From NCBI GenBank assembly GCA_016292775.1, contig JAEDFN010000002.1, forward strand, positions 2,908 through 66,907: DNA of 64,000 nucleotides. Reading direction: 5' to 3'. This document shows, piece after piece, positions 47,544 through 56,854 of the stretch; position 1 is the stretch's first letter, and each line of letters opens with the position of its first letter. Below the pieces are notes generated by a model. That model was not told the DNA's origin. It was given only the letters and a program-made list of their open reading frames with translations, and made no database searches. The position numbers and the translations under genes are program-made. Source of the stretch: Paludibacteraceae bacterium. Lineage in GTDB: Bacteria; Bacteroidota; Bacteroidia; Bacteroidales; Paludibacteraceae.

Positions 47544-48632
47544 ATGAAAACCTTACAAAAATTTTTGTCATTTACATTGGCAATAGTAATATTGTCGTTT
47601 GTAAAAATTGCCGATATTTCGGCATGTACCGGTATTACCCTTAAATCCAATGATGGTGCTAAGGTGCTTGCACGTACTGTAGAATGGGCTAATACCCCAA
47701 TGCGGTGTGGCTATGTAGTTGTACCTCAAGGTTATATCCATCAGTCTTTAACACCGGAAGGTAAAAATGGTATGAAATATAAAGCCCTTTACGGTTATAC
47801 TGCTTTTTATACGGAATACGAAAATTTCGTTGTCGATGGTATTAATGAAAAAGGATTGTCGGCAGGGCTTTTTTTCTTCCCCGGATATGGCGAATACGAG
47901 GCTTATAATCCTTCTTTGAAAACGAGTACTTTATGTGATTTTCAGTTCGTTTCTTGGGTGTTGTCGAAATTTGATAATATTGATGATATTATTGAAGCGG
48001 TAAAAGATGTGCATTTAGTAGGTTTAGACCCTCGAGTCGGTACTGTGCATTGGAGAATTTCCGAGTCGTCAGGAAGAACCGTCGTTCTTGAGTATGTAGG
48101 TGGTAAAGCTCATTTTTATGAGAATAAACTTGGAGTGCTGACCAATTCACCGGGGTTTGAATGGCAGATGACGAACTTGAATAATTATGTAAATCTCAGA
48201 AATGGAAGTGCTCCTTCGGTTAATTATAACGGTATCACCATAAAACCATTTGGAGGTGGTAGTGGAATGCTCGGTTTACCGGGAGATTTTACACCACCGT
48301 CGCGTTTTGTTCGTGCTGCCTTTATGCAAATGTCCGTTCCTACACAACCATCAGCTTTTGATGCTGTAATTCAAAGTTTTAGAATATTAAATAATTTTGA
48401 TATTCCTATCGGTATGGCTCATTCCGATACTATCCCTGAAAATCTTCCCGGGGCTACTCAAATCACAATTGTTACAGATCAAAAGAATAGAAAATTGTAT
48501 TTTCGTACCGTTTGGAACTCTAATATCCGATGTATTAATACAGCAGATATCAACTATCAAAAAGTGAAATATCAAGTGCATATCCTTGATGAAGATAAAA
48601 ATCAGCCGATAGAATATCTGATTATTCGTTGA
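47544..48632 (+). CDS. Secreted choloylglycine hydrolase family Ntn-hydrolase (bile-salt hydrolase / penicillin-V acylase-like linear amide hydrolase)
   Basis: 362 aa. Signal peptide ending ...ADISA, followed by the nucleophile Cys (CTGITLKS). The family residues are recognisable (ARTVEW, LTNSP, PPSRF). Confidence 0.88.
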   Translation: MKTLQKFLSFTLAIVILSFVKIADISACTGITLKSNDGAKVLARTVEWANTPMRCGYVVVPQGYIHQSLTPEGKNGMKYKALYGYTAFYTEYENFVVDGINEKGLSAGLFFFPGYGEYEAYNPSLKTSTLCDFQFVSWVLSKFDNIDDIIEAVKDVHLVGLDPRVGTVHWRISESSGRTVVLEYVGGKAHFYENKLGVLTNSPGFEWQMTNLNNYVNLRNGSAPSVNYNGITIKPFGGGSGMLGLPGDFTPPSRFVRAAFMQMSVPTQPSAFDAVIQSFRILNNFDIPIGMAHSDTIPENLPGATQITIVTDQKNRKLYFRTVWNSNIRCINTADINYQKVKYQVHILDEDKNQPIEYLIIR

Positions 48633-48678
48633 TATTATTGTTTTTAGAGTATAACTTTTTTATTAATAAAATAATTTG

Positions 48679-48686
48679 TAACTTTG
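48679..48686 (+). promoter_or_regulatory. Candidate -7 box (TAACTTTG) for ychF
   Basis: TAACTTTG about 57 nt upstream of the ychF ATG. Confidence 0.45.
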
Positions 48687-48742
48687 CAAACCTCATCGTA
48701 AAATGATTTATGGTGAGGTTTTAATATATAAATCAATCATTT

Positions 48743-49846
48743 ATGGCTTTACAATGCGGTATTGTAGGTTTACCAAATATAGGTAAATCCACTCTTTTTA
48801 ATTGTTTGTCGAATGCAAAAGCACAATCGGCAAATTTTCCTTTTTGTACTATCGAACCAAATGTTGGCGTTATAACAGTGCCTGATGAGAGGTTGAATAA
48901 ACTTGCAGAACTTGTTAACCCACAAAGGATAGTACCTACTACTGTGGAGATAGTAGATATAGCAGGATTGGTTAAAGGCGCTTCAAAAGGTGAAGGGTTA
49001 GGCAATAAATTTCTTGCAAATATTAGAGAAACTGATGCTATTATTCACGTACTTCGCTGTTTTGACGATCCTAATGTAGTACATGTAGATGGTTCTGTAA
49101 ATCCGATAAGAGATAAAGAAATTATTGATGCAGAATTGATGCTTAAGGATTTGGAAACAATAGAGCAGCGCATACAAAAGGTACAAAAGCAGGCGCAAAC
49201 CGGAGGTGATAAGCAAGCAAAACAGGTTTATGAAGTGCTTGTTAAGTATCGAGATGCTCTTTTACAAGGTAATTCTGCCCGTACTGTTTCTTTTGATACC
49301 AAGGATGAAGAAAAGATAGCTCACGACCTGTTTTTACTTACAGCAAAACCGGTATTATATGTTTGTAATGTAGATGAAGGCAGCGCCGTAAGTGGCAATG
49401 CTTATGTAGAGCAAGTAAAAGAGGCTGTTAAGCATGAGAATGCCGAGGTGCTCGTAATCGCTGCCAAAATAGAGAGTGAGATAGCAGAGTTTGATAGCTA
49501 TGAAGAGCGTCAGATGTTTCTTCAAGAAATAGGATTGGAAGAGAGTGGTGTATCGCGCCTTATTAAATCTGCTTATGCCTTATTAAAATTAAAAACATAC
49601 TTTACTGCCGGCCCGTTAGAGGTAAAGGCATGGACATTCCGCGATGGATGGAAAGCCCCACAATGTGCGGGCGTTATTCATACCGATTTTGAGAAAGGCT
49701 TTATCCGTGCAGAGGTAATTAAATACGAAGATTATATCTCATTAGGCTCTGAAGCGGCAGTAAAAGAGGCAGGTAAAATGGGTGTTGAAGGTAAAGACTA
49801 TATCGTACAAGATGGCGATATAATGCACTTTAGGTTTAATGTGTAG
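48743..49846 (+). CDS. ychF: Redox-regulated ribosome-associated ATPase YchF
   Basis: 367 aa. GIVGLPNIGKSTLFN P-loop and a TGS-like C-terminal domain (DFEKGFIRAEV). Confidence 0.97.
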   Translation: MALQCGIVGLPNIGKSTLFNCLSNAKAQSANFPFCTIEPNVGVITVPDERLNKLAELVNPQRIVPTTVEIVDIAGLVKGASKGEGLGNKFLANIRETDAIIHVLRCFDDPNVVHVDGSVNPIRDKEIIDAELMLKDLETIEQRIQKVQKQAQTGGDKQAKQVYEVLVKYRDALLQGNSARTVSFDTKDEEKIAHDLFLLTAKPVLYVCNVDEGSAVSGNAYVEQVKEAVKHENAEVLVIAAKIESEIAEFDSYEERQMFLQEIGLEESGVSRLIKSAYALLKLKTYFTAGPLEVKAWTFRDGWKAPQCAGVIHTDFEKGFIRAEVIKYEDYISLGSEAAVKEAGKMGVEGKDYIVQDGDIMHFRFNV

Positions 49847-49870
49847 TATTTAACTTTATAAGTAATAAAA

Positions 49871-49908
49871 ATAATACGCCGAATATGTACTCATATCCGG
49901 CGTATTAT
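49871..49908. terminator. Bidirectional rho-independent terminator between convergent ychF and the DJ-1-family gene
   Basis: ATAATACGCCG / CGGCGTATTAT stem, flanked by A4 upstream and T5 downstream. Confidence 0.7.
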
Positions 49909-49927
49909 TTTTATATATTAAAGGTAA

Positions 49928-50473
49928 TTATTTTAATAACATACCTTCTGCTACTTCATCAGAAGTCTCTTTGTTAGTTAGAATTTCTACAATCTTAAGG
50001 CCGAAATCAGGTGCGAATGCCGGTCCGCTTGAGGTGATAATGTTGTTGGAAACAATAACATTTTGTTTTGTACGGACATAAGCTTCGTCGAGGAATTCTT
50101 CGAATCCCGGGTAGCAAGTAGCATCTAAATTACGTAATAGGTGCATTTTGCCAAGTATTGATGGTGCGGCACATATTGCTGCTATCCATTTACCGGCTTG
50201 ATTCTGTTTTCTAATTAAAGAAAGCAAACCTTCGTGCTTTTCCAGATTTGTAGTTCCCGGTAGTCCTCCAGGTAAAATAAGCATCTTTGCTTTTGAGAAA
50301 TCTGCATCTTCAAAAAGGAGGTCTGCAGATAGAGAAATGTTGTGAGCTCCGGTTACGGTTTTTTCGCCGGTGGTAGATACGATTTTGACGTCGATGCCTG
50401 CGCGACGAATAATGTCAATTGTAGTTGTAGCCTCTATCTCTTCAAAACCTGTAGCAAGGAAAATAAAAACCAT
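49928..50473 (-). CDS. DJ-1/PfpI/ThiJ family protein
   Basis: 181 aa. GGLPG and nucleophile-elbow AAICAAP motifs. Confidence 0.9.
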   Translation of the reverse strand: MVFIFLATGFEEIEATTTIDIIRRAGIDVKIVSTTGEKTVTGAHNISLSADLLFEDADFSKAKMLILPGGLPGTTNLEKHEGLLSLIRKQNQAGKWIAAICAAPSILGKMHLLRNLDATCYPGFEEFLDEAYVRTKQNVIVSNNIITSSGPAFAPDFGLKIVEILTNKETSDEVAEGMLLK

Positions 50474-50491
50474 ATTTATTTAATTTATATG

Positions 50492-51250
50492 TTAGTTTAG
50501 AATGAATTTATAAGTAATAGTTCCCATAGCGGGACCATTACCGGAAGTGAATTTGTTTTTAAGGGCAGCGTCGACACTCTCTTTTCGCAGACGTTCGTCG
50601 CTAATATTTGTTTTAGAGGTGTTAATAGATGCAGAATAGACCTTTCCGGAAGCGTCCACTCTGATATCTACAACGATAATACCTTCTTGATTGCCGGCAT
50701 AGTTAGGGCGATAAAGCGAACCGATAAGGCTTCTGCCTGCAAGTGACCAAGAGTTTCCGCCCTGCGTACCTTGTCCAACCGGGTTTCCTTGGTTTGTATC
50801 ACCGGAAGTAGTGCCGGAGCCTTTGCCTGTATTTTTAAAAGCACCACCGGCAAGGTTACTGATTTGGTTTTTCTTGGCTTCTTGTTCTGCTAATATTTTT
50901 GCCTGACGTTCAGCTTCTTCGGCTTTTTTTCTCGCCTCTTCTTGCTCTTTTTTACGTTTTTCTCGTTCTAAGGCTACAGAAGGGTCTTCTTGAGTTATTA
51001 ATTTCTCATTTACAGTATTAGTAGCCACCGGTTTTGTCGGGGTGGACGTAGTTTGGGTTACCGGTGTAGGATTCGGCGTCGGGGTGTGTTCTCCATATCC
51101 GTCGTCGAAATCTCCCATCGATATCATTATGCCTTCGTCCATCTCATCATGATGCGCCGTCATCCCTCCGAAAATTAGTATGAGGAGTATGATAACGCAT
51201 ATCAAGGCGGTACTAATTGCCGATTCTATTTCAGATTTTTTTATTGCCAT
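50492..51250 (-). CDS. tonB: TonB-family energy transducer
   Basis: 252 aa. N-terminal TM anchor, a Pro/Thr-rich spacer (TPTPNPTPVTQTT), a K/E-rich coil and a C-terminal TonB-like domain. Lies downstream of exbB-exbD. Confidence 0.7.
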   Translation of the reverse strand: MAIKKSEIESAISTALICVIILLILIFGGMTAHHDEMDEGIMISMGDFDDGYGEHTPTPNPTPVTQTTSTPTKPVATNTVNEKLITQEDPSVALEREKRKKEQEEARKKAEEAERQAKILAEQEAKKNQISNLAGGAFKNTGKGSGTTSGDTNQGNPVGQGTQGGNSWSLAGRSLIGSLYRPNYAGNQEGIIVVDIRVDASGKVYSASINTSKTNISDERLRKESVDAALKNKFTSGNGPAMGTITYKFILN

Positions 51251-51256
51251 AACGCT

Positions 51257-51673
51257 TTATTTGTCTTTGACCTTGGTGGCAATGACAAGTTTTAGTCGAT
51301 TTTCATTAGCTATATCCAAAATTTTCACAATCTCTTTGTAAGGTACATTCTCGTCTGCATGGAGGGCTACAAATGTAGTAGAGTCTTGTGCGTATACATT
51401 TTGTAATATAGGTTCAATCTGTTCGAATTCTACAATTTCGGGTTTTGATCCGGGAAGTGCTACACTATATTCTCCGGATGCAGTGATGCCTACCTTCGCA
51501 ATCTTCGCTTTTGTAGCTGTTTTTGTGGAACTTTGTGGAAGATTCACCTTCATGTCATTCGGGGCAGACATTGTTGATGCTATCATAAAGAATAATAATA
51601 GCAAGAAGATGATGTCTGTCATAGACGACATAGAAAAGGTAGCTTCTACTTTATTTCGTTTTTTTAAAGCCAT
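51257..51673 (-). CDS. exbD: Biopolymer transport protein ExbD/TolR
   Basis: 138 aa. MTDIIFLLLLFFM TM segment. Typical size and position. Confidence 0.88.
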   Translation of the reverse strand: MALKKRNKVEATFSMSSMTDIIFLLLLFFMIASTMSAPNDMKVNLPQSSTKTATKAKIAKVGITASGEYSVALPGSKPEIVEFEQIEPILQNVYAQDSTTFVALHADENVPYKEIVKILDIANENRLKLVIATKVKDK

Positions 51674-51697
51674 AATAATTTTGTTGTATTCGGTAAA

Positions 51698-52405
51698 TTA
51701 ATTTCCGGCAGCAGGTTCGTTTAATAAATCGAGGAATTCCATACTGCGCATTTCCAATCTACGCATAATACCGCTGATGCGACTAACTAGATAATTGTAA
51801 GCGAAATAGGCACATACACCAACAATCAAACCCGCAACGGTAGTTACCATCGCTGTATAAATACCTCCGGAGAGTTGACTGAGGTTGATAGTATTTCCTC
51901 CGGCTTGCTCCATCTCAAAAAAGGCTTGTACCATACCCATTACGGTACCAAGGAATCCTAACATTGGCGCTCCACCGGAAATGGTGGCGAGCAATGAGAT
52001 GCCTTTTTCCAATTTGGCAACTTCAATATTTCCCACATTTTCTATTGCAACCAATACATCGCTCATTGGGCGTCCGAGACGGGAGATGCCTTTCTCTATC
52101 ATTCTTGCAGAAGGCGACTGTGTGTCTCTACAGAGTTTTAATGCTGCATCTATTTTTCCATCATAGATATAATCTTTTATTCTATTCATAAAAGACGGAT
52201 CCTCTTTCGAAGCATGATAAGTTACTATCATTCTTTCAATGAAGATGTATATGGCTAAGATTAACATTAGGGCTAATGGAATCATAATCCATCCCCCTTT
52301 GAGGCACATATCAATAAAATTGAGCTTTGCCGGTGCCTCTGCTATTGTGCCGGCTGCTTGAGCCATTGTGTCTAACACTTGTGTGTCTGCTTGTGCTGGT
52401 AGCAT
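51698..52405 (-). CDS. exbB: MotA/TolQ/ExbB proton-channel protein
   Basis: 235 aa. Three TM segments with the conserved GGAPMLGFLGTVMGM region. Confidence 0.9.
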   Translation of the reverse strand: MLPAQADTQVLDTMAQAAGTIAEAPAKLNFIDMCLKGGWIMIPLALMLILAIYIFIERMIVTYHASKEDPSFMNRIKDYIYDGKIDAALKLCRDTQSPSARMIEKGISRLGRPMSDVLVAIENVGNIEVAKLEKGISLLATISGGAPMLGFLGTVMGMVQAFFEMEQAGGNTINLSQLSGGIYTAMVTTVAGLIVGVCAYFAYNYLVSRISGIMRRLEMRSMEFLDLLNEPAAGN

Positions 52406-52425
52406 AGTATAATATCAAATGTTTA

Positions 52426-53142
52426 TTATTTATGTATACAATTTAAATATCTCTTAATAGTCTCTTCCAATCCTAAATATAAAGCGTCACAAATCAAGGC
52501 GTGGCCTATTGACACTTCATCCAGATAAGGCATTTTTTCTGAAAAATATTCCAGGTTTTCCAAACTGAGGTCATGCCCCGCATTTATTCCTAATCCGAGC
52601 TTGTGTGCGTATTCCGACGCCTTTAGATAAGGAGCTATAGCCGCTTCTCTGTCGGTAGAATATCCTACTGCATAAGGCTCTGTGTAGAGCTCTATTCTAT
52701 CTGCCCCGATTTCTGCTGCCGCTTTAATATTATCTAAATCGGTATTTACAAAAATGGATACCCTTATGCCTTCCGCTTTAAGCTCCTTTACTATTTTACT
52801 TAAAAAATCTCTGTTTTTTATGCAATCCCAGCCGGAATTGGATGTTAATTGCGCGGGCGAGTCCGGTACAAGAGTAGCTTGTGCGGGATGTACACTACAT
52901 ACAAGGTCCATATACCTGTCATCCGGATATCCTTCTATGTTGAATTCGGTAGTAAGTATTGGTTTTAACGACAAAACATCATTGCGAGTAATATGTCGTT
53001 CATCAGGCCTTGGATGTACCGTAATGCCTTGTGCACCAAACTTTTCACAATTGATAGCTGCTACTATAACGTCCGGATTATTACCTCCGCGTGCGTTACG
53101 TAAGGTGGCTATTTTATTTATGTTTACACTTAATTGTGTCAT
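52426..53142 (-). CDS. pdxJ: Pyridoxine 5'-phosphate synthase
   Basis: 238 aa. [16 protein letters not shown] and HPRPDERHI motifs. Confidence 0.96.
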   Translation of the reverse strand: MTQLSVNINKIATLRNARGGNNPDVIVAAINCEKFGAQGITVHPRPDERHITRNDVLSLKPILTTEFNIEGYPDDRYMDLVCSVHPAQATLVPDSPAQLTSNSGWDCIKNRDFLSKIVKELKAEGIRVSIFVNTDLDNIKAAAEIGADRIELYTEPYAVGYSTDREAAIAPYLKASEYAHKLGLGINAGHDLSLENLEYFSEKMPYLDEVSIGHALICDALYLGLEETIKRYLNCIHK

Positions 53143-53168
53143 TGCTTTTCTGTTTCAAAAAAATATTG

Positions 53169-53176
53169 TAACTTTG
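53169..53176 (+). promoter_or_regulatory. Candidate -7 box (TAACTTTG) for nadK
   Basis: TAACTTTG about 108 nt upstream of the annotated nadK start. Confidence 0.4.
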
Positions 53177-53283
53177 CCTTATCGTAAGTTTTCTTGAGAT
53201 TTTCTTTTCGACTACAAAAGTACGAATTTTTGCTTATTTACAACATATCATTTCGGTATTTTTTTTGAATAATCTAAAAAAAG

Positions 53284-54171
53284 ATGTTTATGCGGTTGTT
53301 TGTATTTGGTAATAAACACAAAGTGAATTTGATACCTCGATTTTCCGGCTTTTTTAAAAGGCTTAAAGAGCGTGGTGCAGAAGTTGTTTTTGAAAATGAC
53401 TTCGCTTCTTATCTTGTTGAAAACGGGGTTTTTGACTTTAAAGATTATCATACTTTTTCTACCGAAGATAGAAATCTTTTAAACGGGGATTTGGTTATCA
53501 GTCTCGGCGGAGATGGTACTTTTTTGCATACCGCAAATATAGTTGCCGATAAGCAAATTCCTATTCTTGGAATAAATTTGGGTAGATTGGGCTTTTTAAC
53601 CGATGTACAAGATTGTGATTTGGAGTTTCTGCCTGAAATGATTATCAATAAAAAATTTTTTGTAGAGCCTCGCACAATGTTAAAAACCAATATTCCTATT
53701 GATGGAAATGTAGTGGAGAAATATGCAATGAATGAGATTGCGGTGTTGAAGCAAGATTCATCTTCTATGATTTCTATTAATGCTTATTTGAAAGGGGAAT
53801 ATCTGCATGAGTACCAGGCTGATGGGTTGATAATTTCTACTCCTACAGGTTCTACGGCTTACTCTTTGAGTGTGGGAGGACCTATATTGATGCCGGAGTC
53901 TCCGAATTTGATTATCGTGCCTGTGGCTTCTCATTCGCTTACGGTAAGACCTATAGTAATTCCGGATGATTTGGATATTGAATTGAGAGTAAACAGTCGC
54001 AGTGGCTCATACCTTATCTCATTGGATGGTAGGAGTAAAGTGCTGCCTCAAGAGGTGAAAGTGAAAATATCGAAAGCCCCTTTTGTGGTGAATACCGTGC
54101 GTCTGAAAGGTCATTCGTTCTTCAATACTCTGAAAACCAAATTAATGTGGGGAGTTGATGCACGTAAATGA
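53284..54171 (+). CDS. nadK: NAD kinase
   Basis: 295 aa. GGDGTFL and NEIAV...STPTGSTAYSLS motifs. The true start may be the ATG at 53290 (MRLFVFGN). Confidence 0.93.
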   Translation: MFMRLFVFGNKHKVNLIPRFSGFFKRLKERGAEVVFENDFASYLVENGVFDFKDYHTFSTEDRNLLNGDLVISLGGDGTFLHTANIVADKQIPILGINLGRLGFLTDVQDCDLEFLPEMIINKKFFVEPRTMLKTNIPIDGNVVEKYAMNEIAVLKQDSSSMISINAYLKGEYLHEYQADGLIISTPTGSTAYSLSVGGPILMPESPNLIIVPVASHSLTVRPIVIPDDLDIELRVNSRSGSYLISLDGRSKVLPQEVKVKISKAPFVVNTVRLKGHSFFNTLKTKLMWGVDARK

Positions 54172-54308
54172 TTTTTTCCCTGCAGATGATAAAGAAGATT
54201 AGATGCCGATGTCGATGCATTCGGATATAATTAAATAATTCAATGTCATCAAAAATAGAGAACGCTTTTATAAAAAAATACTAAAGAAAAATCGAATTGT
54301 TTGATAAT

Positions 54309-55250
54309 ATGCTTAGAATAATATATATGGGTACTCCTGATTTTGCAGTGGAGCCTTTAAAAACACTCGTAGAAGCAGGAAAAAATGTTGTAGCGGTAGT
54401 AACTATGCCGGATAAACCTGCAGGACGCGGGCATAAATTGCAGTTTTCTCCGGTAAAAGAGTACGCGCTGAAAGCGGGAATTCCGGTTCTTCAGCCGGAA
54501 AACCTTAAGTCACCCGATTTCTTACAAGAGTTGGCTTCTTATAATGCTGATTTACAGATTGTAGTGGCATTTAGAATGCTCCCGGAGGCTGTTTGGAGTA
54601 TGCCGAAATACGGTACTTTTAATCTTCATGCCTCTTTATTACCACGTTATCGAGGTGCTGCTCCGATAAATTGGGCTGTTATAAATGGGGATAAAGAGAC
54701 CGGTATTACCACTTTTTTCTTGAAACATGAAATAGATACCGGTAACATCATTTTACAAGAAAAAGTTGCCATTGATGAAGAAGATAATGCCGGTGATGTT
54801 CATGATAAATTAATGTATCTGGGTGCGGATTTAGTGCTTAAAACATTGAAGATGATAGAGGAAGATAACGTTATTACTCGCCCACAAGATGATGCACAAG
54901 CCTCTCCGGCACCTAAAATATTTAAAGATACTGCGAAACTTGATTTTGATAAATGTGCAGCGGATATTCGTAATCTCGTTAGAGGAATGGCCCCTTATCC
55001 TGCAGCCTGGTTTAATATCAAATTGCAGGATGGAAATGAGAGTATGATGAAAATTTTTAAAGTGTCGACAGAGGAGAAAAATCATAATTACTCTGTAGGT
55101 ACCATACTTACCGATGGTAAAAAGATGCTTAAAATAGCATGTAAAGATGGATTTATCAATCTTTTGGAAGTGCAAATGGCAGGGAAAAAACGAATGGCGG
55201 CCGAAGATTTGATGAGAGGAACAAATCTTGTAGGTGCTACAATAATATAA
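54309..55250 (+). CDS. fmt: Methionyl-tRNA formyltransferase
   Basis: Start moved to the ATG at 54309 (MLRIIYMGTPDFA). The ORF-track start at 54297 is a TTG. HASLLPRYRGAAPINWA motif. Confidence 0.95.
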   Translation: MLRIIYMGTPDFAVEPLKTLVEAGKNVVAVVTMPDKPAGRGHKLQFSPVKEYALKAGIPVLQPENLKSPDFLQELASYNADLQIVVAFRMLPEAVWSMPKYGTFNLHASLLPRYRGAAPINWAVINGDKETGITTFFLKHEIDTGNIILQEKVAIDEEDNAGDVHDKLMYLGADLVLKTLKMIEEDNVITRPQDDAQASPAPKIFKDTAKLDFDKCAADIRNLVRGMAPYPAAWFNIKLQDGNESMMKIFKVSTEEKNHNYSVGTILTDGKKMLKIACKDGFINLLEVQMAGKKRMAAEDLMRGTNLVGATII

Positions 55251-55291
55251 TGTGAGAAATTGCTTTTTTAGAACCATAAATTATTAGTACT

Positions 55292-56557
55292 ATGAAAAAA
55301 ATACTTTTAAAAAAAGGATTAGTATTCAGCGGATGTGGATTTGAGCGCACGGATATGTTGATTGTTGACGGTAAAATAGCCAAAATAGCAACAAGAATTC
55401 ACGATGATGAAGCTGAAGAGATAAATTTAATGGGATTGTATGTATTACCGGGACTTGTAGACGTACATGTACATCTAAGAGAGCCGGGATTTGAATATAA
55501 AGAGACAATAGAAACAGGCACAAAAGCTGCAGCTCATTCAGGCTATACGGATATCTTCAGCATGCCAAATCTTTCCCCGGCACCGGATACTGTAGAAAAC
55601 GTAAAAGTACAATTGAAAGCAATAGATAAAGATGCCGTGATTCACGTTCACCCTTATGGTTGTATCACTATGGGGCAGAAAGGAGAAGGTAATTTAGTGG
55701 ATTTTGATTCGCTAAAAGATTATGTAGCAGGCTTTTCCGACGATGGAAGGGGAGTGCAAAGTGACGACTTGATGCGTGAGGCTATGAAAAAATGTAAAGC
55801 ATTGGGAAAAACAATAGTAGCACATTGCGAGGTAAATAGTTTGCTCAATGGCGGATATATTCATGACGGTGTATATGCCTCAGAAAATGGGCATAAAGGA
55901 ATATGCTCTGAAAGTGAGTGGCGACAAGTGGAGAGAGATATCAATCTGGTTAGAGAAACAGGATGTAGCTATCATGTTTGCCATATTTCCACAAAAGAGA
56001 GCGTTGATTTGATAAGAAAAGCAAAAGCGGAAGGTCTGCCCGTAACATGCGAAACGGCTCCACATTATTTAATTCTTTGTGATGAAGATTTAAAAGAAGA
56101 TGGAGCTTATAAAATGAATCCACCACTCCGCTCTAAAGCAGATAAAGAGGCATTAATAGAAGGAATTATCGACGGTACTATCGATTGTATTGCTACCGAC
56201 CATGCTCCTCATTCTCAGGAAGAGAAGTCTAAAGGGCTTAAAGATAGTGCTTTTGGAATTAGCGGATTAGAAATAGCATTCCCTTTGATGTTCACACACT
56301 TCGTGAAGGAAAATAAAATTCCTGTAGAGAAACTCGTGCAATTGATGAGTATCAATCCACGTAGAATTATGGGGCTAAAACCTTATGCTATAGGCGAAGA
56401 TGCCGATTTGGCTGTATTTAATATTATTGCAAATTATACAATAGATGCCGAAAAATTTATTTCAATGGGAAAATCTACCCCTTTTAATAAACATAAAGTG
56501 GAAACCGAATGCGTGGGAACACTAATTAAAGGAGAATTTGTGTATAGAACATTTTGA
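55292..56557 (+). CDS. pyrC: Dihydroorotase
   Basis: 421 aa. DVHVHLREPG metal-binding motif and ATDHAPH. Confidence 0.93.
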   Translation: MKKILLKKGLVFSGCGFERTDMLIVDGKIAKIATRIHDDEAEEINLMGLYVLPGLVDVHVHLREPGFEYKETIETGTKAAAHSGYTDIFSMPNLSPAPDTVENVKVQLKAIDKDAVIHVHPYGCITMGQKGEGNLVDFDSLKDYVAGFSDDGRGVQSDDLMREAMKKCKALGKTIVAHCEVNSLLNGGYIHDGVYASENGHKGICSESEWRQVERDINLVRETGCSYHVCHISTKESVDLIRKAKAEGLPVTCETAPHYLILCDEDLKEDGAYKMNPPLRSKADKEALIEGIIDGTIDCIATDHAPHSQEEKSKGLKDSAFGISGLEIAFPLMFTHFVKENKIPVEKLVQLMSINPRRIMGLKPYAIGEDADLAVFNIIANYTIDAEKFISMGKSTPFNKHKVETECVGTLIKGEFVYRTF

Positions 56558-56599
56558 AAAAAAACGTGTAAAATTTATTGTTAACTCAAGATTTAATGG

Positions 56600-56607
56600 T
56601 AACTTTG
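56600..56607 (+). promoter_or_regulatory. Candidate -7 box (TAACTTTG) for the pur cluster
   Basis: TAACTTTG about 250 nt upstream of the purE ATG, which implies a long 5' leader. Confidence 0.4.
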
Positions 56608-56783
56608 CAGACGTTTTTTTCTTGCCGTAATATTTTGAAAAACTAAGTGCAAGAGATTAATTATTTGCTTTAATCAGAGAGTTTTTTGAAAAAATAGATG
56701 ATAAGAAAGTGTAAACAAAATCACAAGATTGTTGCTGTTCGTGTTTTTAAATACGATAAAGGCATTCTTGCGGTATGATGATA

Positions 56784-56824
56784 CGATAGGCTGCTCCGGA
56801 TGAAAATCCGATAGCGGCCTATCG
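56784..56824 (+). promoter_or_regulatory. Long hairpin with a GAAA tetraloop in the purE leader (candidate attenuator or expression platform)
   Basis: Outer stem CGATAGGCTGC / GCGGCCTATCG (one G-U pair). Inner stem CGGAT / ATCCG closed by GAAA. CACTTTTAT follows. Ends 30 nt before the purE ATG. Confidence 0.45.
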
Positions 56825-56854
56825 CACTTTTATGTAACAAATTATTTACAACAT

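Noticed and set aside
56608-56854. Purine or ZTP (pfl) riboswitch in the purE leader
   Set aside because: The conserved junction and pseudoknot sequences of these classes are not visible (no CCGCCUGGGC-like element and no guanine-aptamer core). The leader is kept as an unexplained structured region in the findings.
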